Of a stretch of DNA of 64,000 bases, positions 1-8,757 are shown one piece after another. The translations under genes and the position numbers were made by a program. A model generated the notes under the pieces. The model worked only from the letters and a program-made list of their open reading frames with translations, was not told the DNA's origin and did no database searches. Position 1 is the stretch's first letter. Each line of letters starts with the position of its first letter. This DNA is from Patescibacteria group bacterium (GTDB lineage: Bacteria; Patescibacteriota; Microgenomatia; UBA1400; PJMF01). The stretch lies in NCBI GenBank assembly GCA_016861205.1, contig BOKX01000001.1, positions 8,539 through 72,538 of the forward strand. The letters run 5' to 3'.

Positions 1-770
1 GTGGAAGACTGCAGCCCAATTCCGGCGCTAATGGCCAATCCAGCCGCCAGCCAGGCACTGAGTGATTGAGTCAAGAACACCGCCCCTCCCAAAAATGCGC
101 CCCAACCAAGCACCTTCTTGATAGAAACAGGCCGAGCCAGGAGCCACCACCAGACTGCGTACCCGACCAACAGCCCAGCTGCGACATTGGGATGTGGGGT
201 GGTGCCGTATGGTAGTACCAGTTCCCTACCCTGCCAGACAGTAGTGGCGAGACCGAACCCTTGGTGAAGGTTGCTTTCACCCAGCCAGTGATATGGTAGT
301 AATGAACGTTGTGCGAACCATTGGAAGTACAACACCGTTGCTTGAAACACGAGCGCTAACTGCAACGATTTTTTCAAAACAGGAGTTTGCCACCAAGTGC
401 GAACAGGTGGTTGAAGGTTAACAATCACAAGCCAACAGAAGCTGAGCCAACTGAGGCCCGTCCACCACGAACTTACGTTTGGGCGGCTGTTTGACTGAAC
501 AACCAAGAGAAACATCAAGGCTGCAACTGAAACAAGTTGTTTAAAAAAGGGTCCTCGCAATAGTGTTTTTTGCCAAGTTACTAGCCCACCCAAGCAAATC
601 ACCGCCCAAATAAAAAAGTCACTCAGGTACCACTTTGCTAGAAGATAGTCGCTCAATAAGCCATGAATGTACGCTTGGGAGCGACCGAAGCTGACAAACA
701 AATTGAGTGGAACAGTCAATACCGTCGCGGCGAGCAACCAGGGACCAAGCTGCGACAGGCGATTTTTCAT
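1..770 (-). CDS. O-antigen ligase/polymerase-like polytopic membrane protein (3' part runs off the window)
   Basis: Absent from the ORF track because it lacks an in-window stop. Read manually from ATG at 770 (MKNRLSQLGPWLLAATVLTVPLNLF...); the same frame later gives LPYHWLGE and ELVLPYGTTPHPNVAAG, the GTxxHPN motif typical of O-antigen ligase-family proteins. Hydrophobic throughout. Confidence 0.65.
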   Translation of the reverse strand, partial: MKNRLSQLGPWLLAATVLTVPLNLFVSFGRSQAYIHGLLSDYLLAKWYLSDFFIWAVICLGGLVTWQKTLLRGPFFKQLVSVAALMFLLVVQSNSRPNVSSWWTGLSWLSFCWLVIVNLQPPVRTWWQTPVLKKSLQLALVFQATVLYFQWFAQRSLLPYHWLGESNLHQGFGLATTVWQGRELVLPYGTTPHPNVAAGLLVGYAVWWWLLARPVSIKKVLGWGAFLGGAVFLTQSLSAWLAAGLAISAGIGLQSS

Positions 771-786
771 TTTGCACCCACTTTGG

Positions 787-2775
787 TTATACCGCACCTA
801 CCAGGGTGACACCTGGTAGTGACAAAATGTGTTGCACAATTTGTTTGCGGACTGGCTCAACTTCAACCACTGACAAGTTCCGATTCGGATCGTGAAAAGT
901 GACTCGGAAGGTGAAGTTGCGCTGGTATGTGTCGCTCAACTCCACGGTTTGTACCAGAGCATCTTGATTCTTTATGGTGTCTAACACGGTACCGACAGCG
1001 ACTCCTTCGGGAATGGTGAATGTAAAGTCTTCATAGACCATCGAGGTTTTAGCCAATGGTTGGTAACTGGGGTGGGTGTTCACCACTGACAGGAAGCGCG
1101 CATCCAAGGGAATGGTGATCGCAGTTTGACCAGCTGGCAAAACTTGGAGCCTTCCAATCTCAGCTTCTGTCCCCTCGCGGTTGATGGCCACGATGGTGGC
1201 CTCGGTAGCGTGAGCAGCAACTGGTTTGATGGTGACGCCTGTCACAAAGAGACTGTCTAACAGTGCCTCAACGGCCCCACGCACGGTACGATACTCAGCT
1301 GTGGAAACCAGCGCCAACTGCAGTGGTTGATGAGGAATGTCGCCGATTGCAGGCTCGTATACACAGGCGATCTCGAAAACCGAGAGCTGAGGTCGTTGTG
1401 GGTTATTGGCAATTAGCTCACAGAGTGACGGAATCAGTGATCGACGTAGGTAGACCCGATCATCAGTCAAAGGGTTAGCTAACTTTAGGTGTTCGTCCAG
1501 TGGATAGCCCGACTCTTGGGCAAGTTCTTCACTCACCATCGAGTAGGTGTACACTTCTTGCCAACCGATATGAGCCAAGAAGGTTTTGATTTTTTGTTCA
1601 ACATCAAAAGTGGTGTGTTCAGGCTTGATTTGCGGAATTGCTGTTGGCATTAACACGCTTGGTAAGCGATGGTAACCGTAAATGCGGGCGATTTCCTCAA
1701 TGACGTCAGCTGGAATAGCGATATCAGGTCGGAAGGTGGGTGGCGTGACACGCAGCTCACTCTCAGTTGCTTCAACCTGACACTCCAAAGTATTGAGGAG
1801 CTCAGTCAATTCTGTGATCGGCAACTCAACACCGAGGTAGGCAGCAATTTGGGCCAACTTGACGGTGACTGTTGCTGGAGCGGTCTCGCCAGGAAAATCG
1901 TCGTACACGGGGCTGGCTACCTGGGCGCCGCACAACTCTTGGTAGAGTTCGACACCGCGAGCCAAGGTTGGTTCAGCTAGGTGTGGATCCACATTTTTTT
2001 CGTTGAGTTGGGCTGCCACAGTACGGATCGCGTGACTCATTGAAGTGGTCCGAACTTTTTTGGCTGGGATTGACTCAATCCAAAGTAAAACACGTTGCGT
2101 TTGGTTATCGACTGAGGTGTTCTGGGTACCTTTGATGGCGGGCAGGTCGATGATGTCACCGGCTGGATTTTTGAAAACTACCTCACCACCTTTGGTCTCG
2201 TACTTTTCACCATCCAAAGTGACGAATGGTTGGCCAGCTGTAGCCTCGACCACCCGGATTTCACCACCCAACTGCATGATTTTGTCGTAATCAAAAGCGT
2301 GACACGGATGTCCTAACTCGTGGGTCACATAGTTTGTGATATCGATGACGCTGTCGTGGACCATTTGGTCAATTTGACGGAGTCGTTTCGCCATCCACTC
2401 TGGAGTGGGAGTGTGATCAACGGCATCCAGTACCACGCAGTGAATTCGCTGGCACAGCTCAGGGTTGTTGATGATCGCCGGCACTTGTAACGGGGCCTGA
2501 CTGGCGACCGTTACGTCAGGTTGAGCGACGGTTTTTAACCGTGCAGCTACGCCAAATTGGGGCAAGATGACCGCTGCTTCGCGAGCAATACCACGGACAG
2601 ACATCATGTCCACGCGATTGGTGGTGACTTCGATGTCATAGACAGGTTCGCCTTCAATTTCATGGATGCGCTCGATTGATGGACCGCAGAGTGATAAATA
2701 TTTTTGAATCTCAGGTGGGGTTGCTTCGGTTTCTAGATGTTCGAGCAACCAAGTGTGTGGGATTAAGATGTTCAT
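787..2775 (-). CDS. pheT: Phenylalanine--tRNA ligase beta subunit, lacking the B2 OB-fold domain
   Basis: TNRVDMMSVRGIARE, ITNYVTHELGHPCHAFD (B3/B4), PTFRPDI..ADVIEEIARIYGY (B5), LRRSLIPSL and a C-terminal FDX-ACB-like domain. Directly downstream of pheS. Confidence 0.95.
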   Translation of the reverse strand: MNILIPHTWLLEHLETEATPPEIQKYLSLCGPSIERIHEIEGEPVYDIEVTTNRVDMMSVRGIAREAAVILPQFGVAARLKTVAQPDVTVASQAPLQVPAIINNPELCQRIHCVVLDAVDHTPTPEWMAKRLRQIDQMVHDSVIDITNYVTHELGHPCHAFDYDKIMQLGGEIRVVEATAGQPFVTLDGEKYETKGGEVVFKNPAGDIIDLPAIKGTQNTSVDNQTQRVLLWIESIPAKKVRTTSMSHAIRTVAAQLNEKNVDPHLAEPTLARGVELYQELCGAQVASPVYDDFPGETAPATVTVKLAQIAAYLGVELPITELTELLNTLECQVEATESELRVTPPTFRPDIAIPADVIEEIARIYGYHRLPSVLMPTAIPQIKPEHTTFDVEQKIKTFLAHIGWQEVYTYSMVSEELAQESGYPLDEHLKLANPLTDDRVYLRRSLIPSLCELIANNPQRPQLSVFEIACVYEPAIGDIPHQPLQLALVSTAEYRTVRGAVEALLDSLFVTGVTIKPVAAHATEATIVAINREGTEAEIGRLQVLPAGQTAITIPLDARFLSVVNTHPSYQPLAKTSMVYEDFTFTIPEGVAVGTVLDTIKNQDALVQTVELSDTYQRNFTFRVTFHDPNRNLSVVEVEPVRKQIVQHILSLPGVTLVGAV

Positions 2776-2783
2776 ATGGTCCT

Positions 2784-4610
2784 TTAAAATTGCTCCAAGA
2801 ATCGCAACTCGCCGCTGTAGAGCAAGCGAATGTCATCAATGTTTAAACCCTCTTTGAGGGTGTAGGTGCGCTCCACTCCCCAGCCGAAGGCAAAGCCGGT
2901 GTACTCCTCAGGATCGATGCCGCCAGCTTTTAAGACATTGGGATGAACCATTCCTGCCCCGCCCACTTCGTGCCAACCGGATTTGCAGAATCTGCACTTG
3001 GCAGTTTCACCATCACGGCGTACCTCACCAGTGCCGCCACAAATGTGGCAACTGAAGTCGACTTCAAACGAAGGTTCGGTAAATTGAAAATGGAATGGTC
3101 GAATCCGACTTTTGGTACCCGGTCCATAGAACTCTTGGGCAAAGTAATCGAGAGTACCTTTGAGATGTTGAATGGTAATCCCTTTATCCACAACCAAACC
3201 TTCAAATTGATGGAACATCTGGGTGTGAGTCGCATCTTGTTGGCGGCGGTAACACCGGGCGATGTTGATCATTCGGATAGGTGGCTGGCTGTTGAGGCGT
3301 TCCATTTCACGGACCTGGCCACTGGAAGTATGGGGAGTCAGCACAAGCTTACCCTTGGTGGAGCTGGGTTCAGCTGCCACAAAAAAGGTTTCCCACTCAT
3401 CGCGGGCGGGGTGATTTTTGGGCATGTTGAGTGACTCGAACGCATACCAGTCCCAGTCAGCTTCTGGGTAGCGAACTCGGGTGAAACCAACCCGCTCAAA
3501 AATCTGGGTGATCTCGGCAATGGCTTGGGACACTGGATGCATGTGCCCGACTTTGGGTTTGATTCCTGGCAAAGTTACGTCTACCTTGGCGGTTTGCTGG
3601 TTCGAGCCGTAGCTGGCCACGGTTTGTTCGATCTCTTGTTTTAACTGGTTCAGCAGTTGGCCGGCTGAGCGGCGACTTTCGGGAGGTAACTCTTTGAGTT
3701 GTTTTGCCACGTCGCTGAATAAACCTTTTTTACCGAAGTAATTGGTAGTGGCGGCCACCTGGGGAGTTTTCAACGTGAGGCGAATGGCCTCAACCGCGGC
3801 GGTGAACTCATCTGGCAGATCGGCGGTTTGGGTGGCTGATCGAGGCTTGGTTTTTGTCTCGCTAGTTGCAGTGCCACTTTCAGCTGTGGCTGCTGGGTCA
3901 GTCACTTGATACAAGACGCGGAAGTGCCCGTCTTTCACCACAATTTGGGTGGCCGTGATCGGCCAACACTCGGCAGTTGTTTTGAGTTGCGTGCCACCGT
4001 CGGGCATAGGTTCGTACTCGCCAATTTGGACAATGCGGAGGGGTTTGTTGGTGGGAAGGTCGAATGGTAACCGAACGCGTCGCTCGTCTAGTTCATCTTT
4101 GGTAACCATTTCGGTAGAAATAGGTAAGGCCGCCGTTTGGACAGCGTCGAGTTCTTGTTGTATAGCTGGTAGCTGGTCGGCAGTAATTTCTTGGTCAAAC
4201 TCAACATAGTTTTTGCCGTTAATACCATGGTTGCCGTCGAGTCCAATAACTCCTGGAATGACATTTTTAACAGCCTGATCTAAAACGTGTCCAGCCGTGT
4301 GCAGATGCATGTGGGTGTAGCGAAGTGGCCAATCGATGGCCAGCTCAACGGTGTCGCCGACGTGCAGTTCCCCACTCAGTTTGCCCTTGTGCTGAATTTG
4401 GCCGCCGTTGTACGAGACGTGCGAGACTTCAAGTTGACCTTGAGGTCCGGTGATAGTGCCGTGATCGGCCGGTTGGCCACCGCCTTGGGCGTAAAAAATA
4501 GTTTGGTCGAGGATGATAAACGTTTGATTCTGTAACTCACCGATTTCAAGGACTTTTGCTGTCGCCCGTTTTTGGTATGAATCTGCTAAATAAAGTAAGT
4601 CAGTCGACAT
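2784..4610 (-). CDS. pheS: Phenylalanine--tRNA ligase alpha subunit with an N-terminal AlaX-type (alanyl-tRNA editing) domain
   Basis: C-terminal part: HPARD, PHTS, THTQMFHQFEG, FQFTEPS, GAGMVHPNVL, GFAFGWGVER. N-terminal ~235 aa: LYLADSY, LDQTIFYAQGGGQPADHG, HLHTAGH, DGGTQ. Start moved to ATG 4610, which has an AAAGGA ribosome-binding site upstream. Confidence 0.92.
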   Translation of the reverse strand: MSTDLLYLADSYQKRATAKVLEIGELQNQTFIILDQTIFYAQGGGQPADHGTITGPQGQLEVSHVSYNGGQIQHKGKLSGELHVGDTVELAIDWPLRYTHMHLHTAGHVLDQAVKNVIPGVIGLDGNHGINGKNYVEFDQEITADQLPAIQQELDAVQTAALPISTEMVTKDELDERRVRLPFDLPTNKPLRIVQIGEYEPMPDGGTQLKTTAECWPITATQIVVKDGHFRVLYQVTDPAATAESGTATSETKTKPRSATQTADLPDEFTAAVEAIRLTLKTPQVAATTNYFGKKGLFSDVAKQLKELPPESRRSAGQLLNQLKQEIEQTVASYGSNQQTAKVDVTLPGIKPKVGHMHPVSQAIAEITQIFERVGFTRVRYPEADWDWYAFESLNMPKNHPARDEWETFFVAAEPSSTKGKLVLTPHTSSGQVREMERLNSQPPIRMINIARCYRRQQDATHTQMFHQFEGLVVDKGITIQHLKGTLDYFAQEFYGPGTKSRIRPFHFQFTEPSFEVDFSCHICGGTGEVRRDGETAKCRFCKSGWHEVGGAGMVHPNVLKAGGIDPEEYTGFAFGWGVERTYTLKEGLNIDDIRLLYSGELRFLEQF

Positions 4611-4645
4611 ACGAGTTTCCTTTGTTACCTTTCCCATTCTATCTC

Positions 4646-4673
4646 AAAAAAGCCCCGCTGGTGGCGGGGCTTT
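4646..4673 (-). terminator. Intrinsic terminator after rplT
   Basis: Minus strand reads AAAGCCCCGCCACCAGCGGGGCTTTTTT: a GC-rich hairpin followed by a U-tract. Confidence 0.85.
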
Positions 4674-4700
4674 CGAAAGTTCTTAAATGTGTGGTTGTGC

Positions 4701-5054
4701 TTACCCGCGCACCTTATCAACGATCTGCTTAAAGGTACTAAAATCAGACACAGCCAAGTCTGATAACACTTTGCGGTCCAACATGATTTGAGCTTTTTTC
4801 AAAGCGTTGATGAAGCGAGAGTAAGAAATCTCACTGCCAGCTTGTTCCAAACCAGCTGAAATGCGAGCAATCCACAGTTGGCGGAAGTCGCGTTTGCGGT
4901 TTTTACGACCAATGAAGGCATATTGACCAGCGTGCAGCAAAGCTTCTTGAGCTCGTTTGTACAGCCGGTTATTTGCGCCACGGAAACCCTTGGTGAGTTT
5001 CAGCACTTTTTTGTGACGTCGTCTGCGAGTAATACCGGTTTTTGTCCTTGGCAT
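4701..5054 (-). CDS. rplT: 50S ribosomal protein L20
   Basis: MPRTKTG..RRRHKKVLKLTKGFRG, RKRDFRQLWIARI, LDRKVLSDLA. Confidence 0.98.
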   Translation of the reverse strand: MPRTKTGITRRRRHKKVLKLTKGFRGANNRLYKRAQEALLHAGQYAFIGRKNRKRDFRQLWIARISAGLEQAGSEISYSRFINALKKAQIMLDRKVLSDLAVSDFSTFKQIVDKVRG

Positions 5055-5083
5055 AGGTGGAGATTATACCTCGAGCTACTTGA

Positions 5084-5287
5084 TTAAGCTAGTCCCAGCA
5101 TCCGCTTGATTTTTTTAGCCCAGCGGCCTTTGACTTCAACTGGCACGCGATAAGCTCGGATGGCTTTTTTACTTTTACGGCGGCGCAAGTGACGCATGTT
5201 TTGGTTGCGGCGCAAAACTTTACCGGTGGCGGTAATTTTGAAACGCTTGGCAGCGCCTTTACGGGTTTTCCGTTTCAGAGTTTGCAT
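5084..5287 (-). CDS. rpmI: 50S ribosomal protein L35
   Basis: KTRKGAAKRFKITATGKV; lies between infC and rplT. Confidence 0.96.
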   Translation of the reverse strand: MQTLKRKTRKGAAKRFKITATGKVLRRNQNMRHLRRRKSKKAIRAYRVPVEVKGRWAKKIKRMLGLA

Positions 5288-5879
5288 GGTTGTCCTCTAC
5301 TCTTGATTCACTTGATACTGTTTTGACTTTAGCTTTTTTGACAGGCATTAATTGAGCGATCAATTTTTTGCCGATCATCTGTGGTTGTAACTCCACAGTG
5401 GCGACTTCAGCTGTTTCACGGAAAATCCGTTGAAGCAACTCGTAGCCAAACTCTTTCTTGGTGATTTGTCGACCTTTTTTGAAGTCGACGGTCAATCTGA
5501 CCTTGTCACCTCGACCCAAAAACTCATGAGCTCGTTTGAGCTTGGTTTGGAGGTCGCCCTCACCGATGAACGGTGAGAACTGCAACTCCTTGAGATCTTG
5601 AGTTCTCGATTTTTTGCGATTTTCCGACTCACGCTGCTGGAGTTGATACTTGTACTTAGCCAACTCGATGATTTTGGTGATAGGTGGTTGAGCTTTCTCA
5701 GTCACCAACACTAAATCTTTTTGTTCAGCTTGTGCTTGGGCCAGCGCTTGACTGGTCGGCATGACGCCAACCATCTCACCACGTTCGTTCAACACTCTCA
5801 CTTCCGGAACCCGGATTTGATGGTTGACCGTAATGTAATGCGCGGTCGGTCGCTTTTTGATGAGCCTTTTTCTAATCAC
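5259..5879 (-). CDS. infC: Translation initiation factor IF-3 (start codon uncertain, probably non-AUG)
   Basis: NHQIRVPEVRVL, DLVLV..AQPPITKI, KELQFSPFIGEGDLQTK, GDKVRL. The ORF-track ATG (5903) lies upstream of the -10 box; in-frame candidate starts are GTG 5879, ATT 5876 and ATC 5861. Confidence 0.93.
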   Translation of the reverse strand: MIRKRLIKKRPTAHYITVNHQIRVPEVRVLNERGEMVGVMPTSQALAQAQAEQKDLVLVTEKAQPPITKIIELAKYKYQLQQRESENRKKSRTQDLKELQFSPFIGEGDLQTKLKRAHEFLGRGDKVRLTVDFKKGRQITKKEFGYELLQRIFRETAEVATVELQPQMIGKKLIAQLMPVKKAKVKTVSSESRVEDNHANSETENP

Positions 5880-5888
5880 AGACAGGAT

Positions 5889-5897
5889 ATTATACCA
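5889..5897 (-). promoter_or_regulatory. Extended -10 promoter (TGGTATAAT) of infC-rpmI-rplT
   Basis: Perfect TATAAT preceded by TGn on the minus strand. Confidence 0.65.
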
Positions 5898-5902
5898 CTC
5901 CA

Positions 5903-5931
5903 TTGCCGATTGAGAACTAGATTGTTATAAT
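5903..5931 (+). promoter_or_regulatory. Sigma70-type promoter of tRNA-Val
   Basis: TTGCCG-N17-TATAAT about 33 nt upstream of the tRNA. Confidence 0.65.
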
Positions 5932-5964
5932 TGGGGTTCTGGAAGTCATTTTTGTTCCAGAGCT

Positions 5965-6038
5965 GGACGGTTAGCTCAGTTGGTTAGAGCGCTTCGTTGA
6001 CATCGAAGAGGTCACAGGTTCGAGTCCTGTATCGTCCA
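5965..6038 (+). tRNA. tRNA-Val(GAC), CCA not encoded
   Basis: Acceptor GGACGGT/ATCGTCC, D-arm AGCTCAGTTGGTTAGAGC, anticodon arm CTTCG-TTGACAT-CGAAG, T-loop GGTTCGAGTCC. Confidence 0.96.
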
Positions 6039-6064
6039 CTTTTTAGTCGAGTTGAGTTCACACT

Positions 6065-6847
6065 TTACCCAAGAGGCTTTTGTAGCACGATCACCGCTCG
6101 TTGCACCGCTTCCCCTTCGTGCCAATCGGTTTCGCCCTCAGCAGGTGCCCAATAAACGGCATCCAGTATCGTGAAACCTTGTTCACTCGCTATGTCGAGT
6201 AAAGTATCAAACAAAGTTTTGTAGTACTGTGGGTTGATGATAGCGTCGGGGTGCATCTCGAGTACTCGCTGAACTTCACGCTCAAAGAGATCAGGAGTTT
6301 TGGCCTTAACGAAGTTAAAATCACCTCTGGATGAGGGCAATTCATAGGTAAAACCTGACCAACCGACGGGTTGAGTGACGAGTAACGATAGTCCACCTGG
6401 TTTCAAAACCCGGTAGTACTCGCGCAGAGCTTGGGCCTTGTCGTAGATGTGGGGTAGAACGTCCTTGCAGGTGATGAGATCGAAACCGGCGTCAGCGAAA
6501 GGCAGGATGTTTCCCCTAGCTTCAACTGTCAGCGGATGGTGCTGAGCTTGGAGAGCCTCTGGCTGTAGATCAAGTCGCACCACTCGGGTCTTGGGCTGGT
6601 GGGTTTCGAGCCAGTTTGCTAGTTCTCCTAGTCCACTGCCCACGTCTAGTGCCAAGGTGCTTTCCCCCAGCAACTCCGTCACAGGCTGCAGAACTTCCAC
6701 TTGGAAACTAGTACCGGCATGTGGAGTATGACCAAAATCGTGAATATCTTGTTTGACTGTTTCAGGGTCACGTGCCAGACGGTAGCGAGCATCAGCACTC
6801 ACTGGCACAGAGTACTCTTTTGGGATTTCACTAGATCGATGTGACAT
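6065..6847 (-). CDS. Class I SAM-dependent methyltransferase
   Basis: ALDVGSGLG (motif I), LPFADAGFDLI, YRVLKPGG. Confidence 0.88.
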   Translation of the reverse strand: MSHRSSEIPKEYSVPVSADARYRLARDPETVKQDIHDFGHTPHAGTSFQVEVLQPVTELLGESTLALDVGSGLGELANWLETHQPKTRVVRLDLQPEALQAQHHPLTVEARGNILPFADAGFDLITCKDVLPHIYDKAQALREYYRVLKPGGLSLLVTQPVGWSGFTYELPSSRGDFNFVKAKTPDLFEREVQRVLEMHPDAIINPQYYKTLFDTLLDIASEQGFTILDAVYWAPAEGETDWHEGEAVQRAVIVLQKPLG

Positions 6848-6855
6848 GGAAAAGA

Positions 6856-7539
6856 TTAACCACCGCCAAACTGGGTGGATCGCTCATGGTGCATCATATC
6901 TTGAACAGTCGAGGTTTTCTCGTAGGCAGCGCCAGCCATGTTCAAGTTGGGACCAGTTTTACTGCGTTTCTTTTTCTTGCCGTTCAGCTGAGTCGCCCAG
7001 GTAGAGGCACTTTTGATTTTCTGGCGCAACAACATGATGAACGTCCGCAGCTGTTGGAAGAAGGTGATGTAGTACTTCCCGTCTTGACCAGGATGAGCCA
7101 CTTCAGTCATCAGAGTTAGCTGAACTTGGTTGTCAAACTTCTTAACCTCTTGAACCAAAAGTTGGAGTTCTGAGCGGAGCTTGTCGATTTCTTCTTTGAC
7201 TTTCTTCTCGCGCGCGTTGTAGACATCTACCAGATCAACAGGGTTGACTTGATCGTGCAACTTGCGTCGCATCAGCTCTTTTTTACGTTGGGCCTCAGCT
7301 TGCCGCTGTTGTTCAGCTAACGCGTCTTGCTGGTCATATGAGTTGTTATCAAAGTTGTTGAAGTCGAAGTTGCCGCCGGCTTTAGCTAGCGCATCGCTAA
7401 AAAGACTGGTGCTATCGGTCTGGGATTGACCACCACGACCGAGTGACTGCTCGGTTTCGGCGAGCGCCCGCGCCAGAGGATTGGTCGGCAAACTGGGTTT
7501 GGCCGAACCAGTTGGTTTTAGCGGCGGTAATTGGTTCAT
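6856..7539 (-). CDS. Conserved hypothetical coiled-coil protein (DUF5660-like, recalled as CPR-associated)
   Basis: Long charged helical segment followed by GKYYITFFQQL...ASTW...GGG. Family assignment is from memory only. Confidence 0.5.
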   Translation of the reverse strand: MNQLPPLKPTGSAKPSLPTNPLARALAETEQSLGRGGQSQTDSTSLFSDALAKAGGNFDFNNFDNNSYDQQDALAEQQRQAEAQRKKELMRRKLHDQVNPVDLVDVYNAREKKVKEEIDKLRSELQLLVQEVKKFDNQVQLTLMTEVAHPGQDGKYYITFFQQLRTFIMLLRQKIKSASTWATQLNGKKKKRSKTGPNLNMAGAAYEKTSTVQDMMHHERSTQFGGG

Positions 7540-7713
7540 ACTATCCGGCGTTGCGATTCCAATCGCAAACGAGTCCTATATTATAGGACTTTTCACTCGA
7601 GGTGTCAATGAACCTCTTGTTGGGGCAAGTATAACAAAAAAAACTTGAAATGCCAGCCGATACTGACATAGTAAATGTGTATCAGACTTGACCTCGGTGG
7701 GCTGAATGAGAAC

Positions 7714-8655
7714 TTACTTGAGATTGGCTAAGTAATCAAGGGTTTTCTCTCGAGCAATCACACTCCGCAGATAACTGGTGTACTCGGGGTTCTTGCTGTA
7801 CTCAGCTTTGACAGCTGGGTTCTCAATTTGGTCGATTTTGGCTTGAATTTCAGCCTCGGTCGCCTCCAGTTTAGCGTCTTCACTGACAGCTTGGAGCACA
7901 AACTCCAGTTGGAGTCGTGCTAAGGCAGTTCCGGCTAACTCACCAGACAATTGCTCAGATGTCTGTTGGCGGCGAGCCAAGTAGTCATCGAGTTTCATGT
8001 TGAGTTGATCGAGGGTTTTCAACAGCTGTTCGAGTTCACGGCGAGTTTCTGAGCGGACTAACAACTCTGGCACAGCCGGTTTAATCTCGTCCACCAAGGC
8101 ACTGCAGACGTGTTTGAGAATCTGGTCCTTGCGTTGGGCTTCGGTGATAGCTGGCTGAGGAGCTGGCGCTGCTTCTTCAGACGCCGTAGCTTTTTTACCC
8201 TTTTCTTTCGTTGGCTTGGCTGCTTTTGGAGTGGAACTTGCTTCGAGTTTTTTCAGTTCAGCCTCGGCAGTTTGGCGCGCTTTTTTGACTACCGCTTGGT
8301 ATTTACCAAGTTTGAGTTCTGGTTGTTCAGCAATCTCGACACTCAGTTCCCAATCTTGCTCGAGGTCAATTTTGACTGGGTGAATATCAGGATAGGTCAA
8401 TGGTTTCTTGTTGTTTTCTTTTAGTAACTCGGCGTACGCCTCTGGCAGTAATTTATCGAGAGCGGCCTCAGCGATTTTAACGTGGCCGATCAGGTCACGA
8501 GCCAATGGCAACGGGACTTTGCCTTTCCGAAAGCCGGCAGTTTTTAGTTGGCCAGCTAAGCGGCGCAGGGCTTTGTCATACTCAGGAGCGACAGTTTTCC
8601 AGGCTAACTTCAGTGTTAATTTGGTGTTGGGGGCAATTGGTGATTGGTCGGACAT
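7714..8655 (-). CDS. tig: Trigger factor lacking the FKBP PPIase domain
   Basis: Ribosome-binding signature GFRKGKVP and a C-terminal SurA-like domain (VPELLVRSE), joined by a K/A/E/P-rich linker. Start moved to ATG 8655, 7 nt after TATAAT. Confidence 0.88.
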   Translation of the reverse strand: MSDQSPIAPNTKLTLKLAWKTVAPEYDKALRRLAGQLKTAGFRKGKVPLPLARDLIGHVKIAEAALDKLLPEAYAELLKENNKKPLTYPDIHPVKIDLEQDWELSVEIAEQPELKLGKYQAVVKKARQTAEAELKKLEASSTPKAAKPTKEKGKKATASEEAAPAPQPAITEAQRKDQILKHVCSALVDEIKPAVPELLVRSETRRELEQLLKTLDQLNMKLDDYLARRQQTSEQLSGELAGTALARLQLEFVLQAVSEDAKLEATEAEIQAKIDQIENPAVKAEYSKNPEYTSYLRSVIAREKTLDYLANLK

Positions 8656-8757
8656 GACGGGAATTATACACGGCTTGAGAACCCCCCACCTATTTGTAAC
8701 GCTCCGTTTGGCCAAAATGGTGCGTTATCTGGTAAAAATTGTTACAATGGGCTTACT

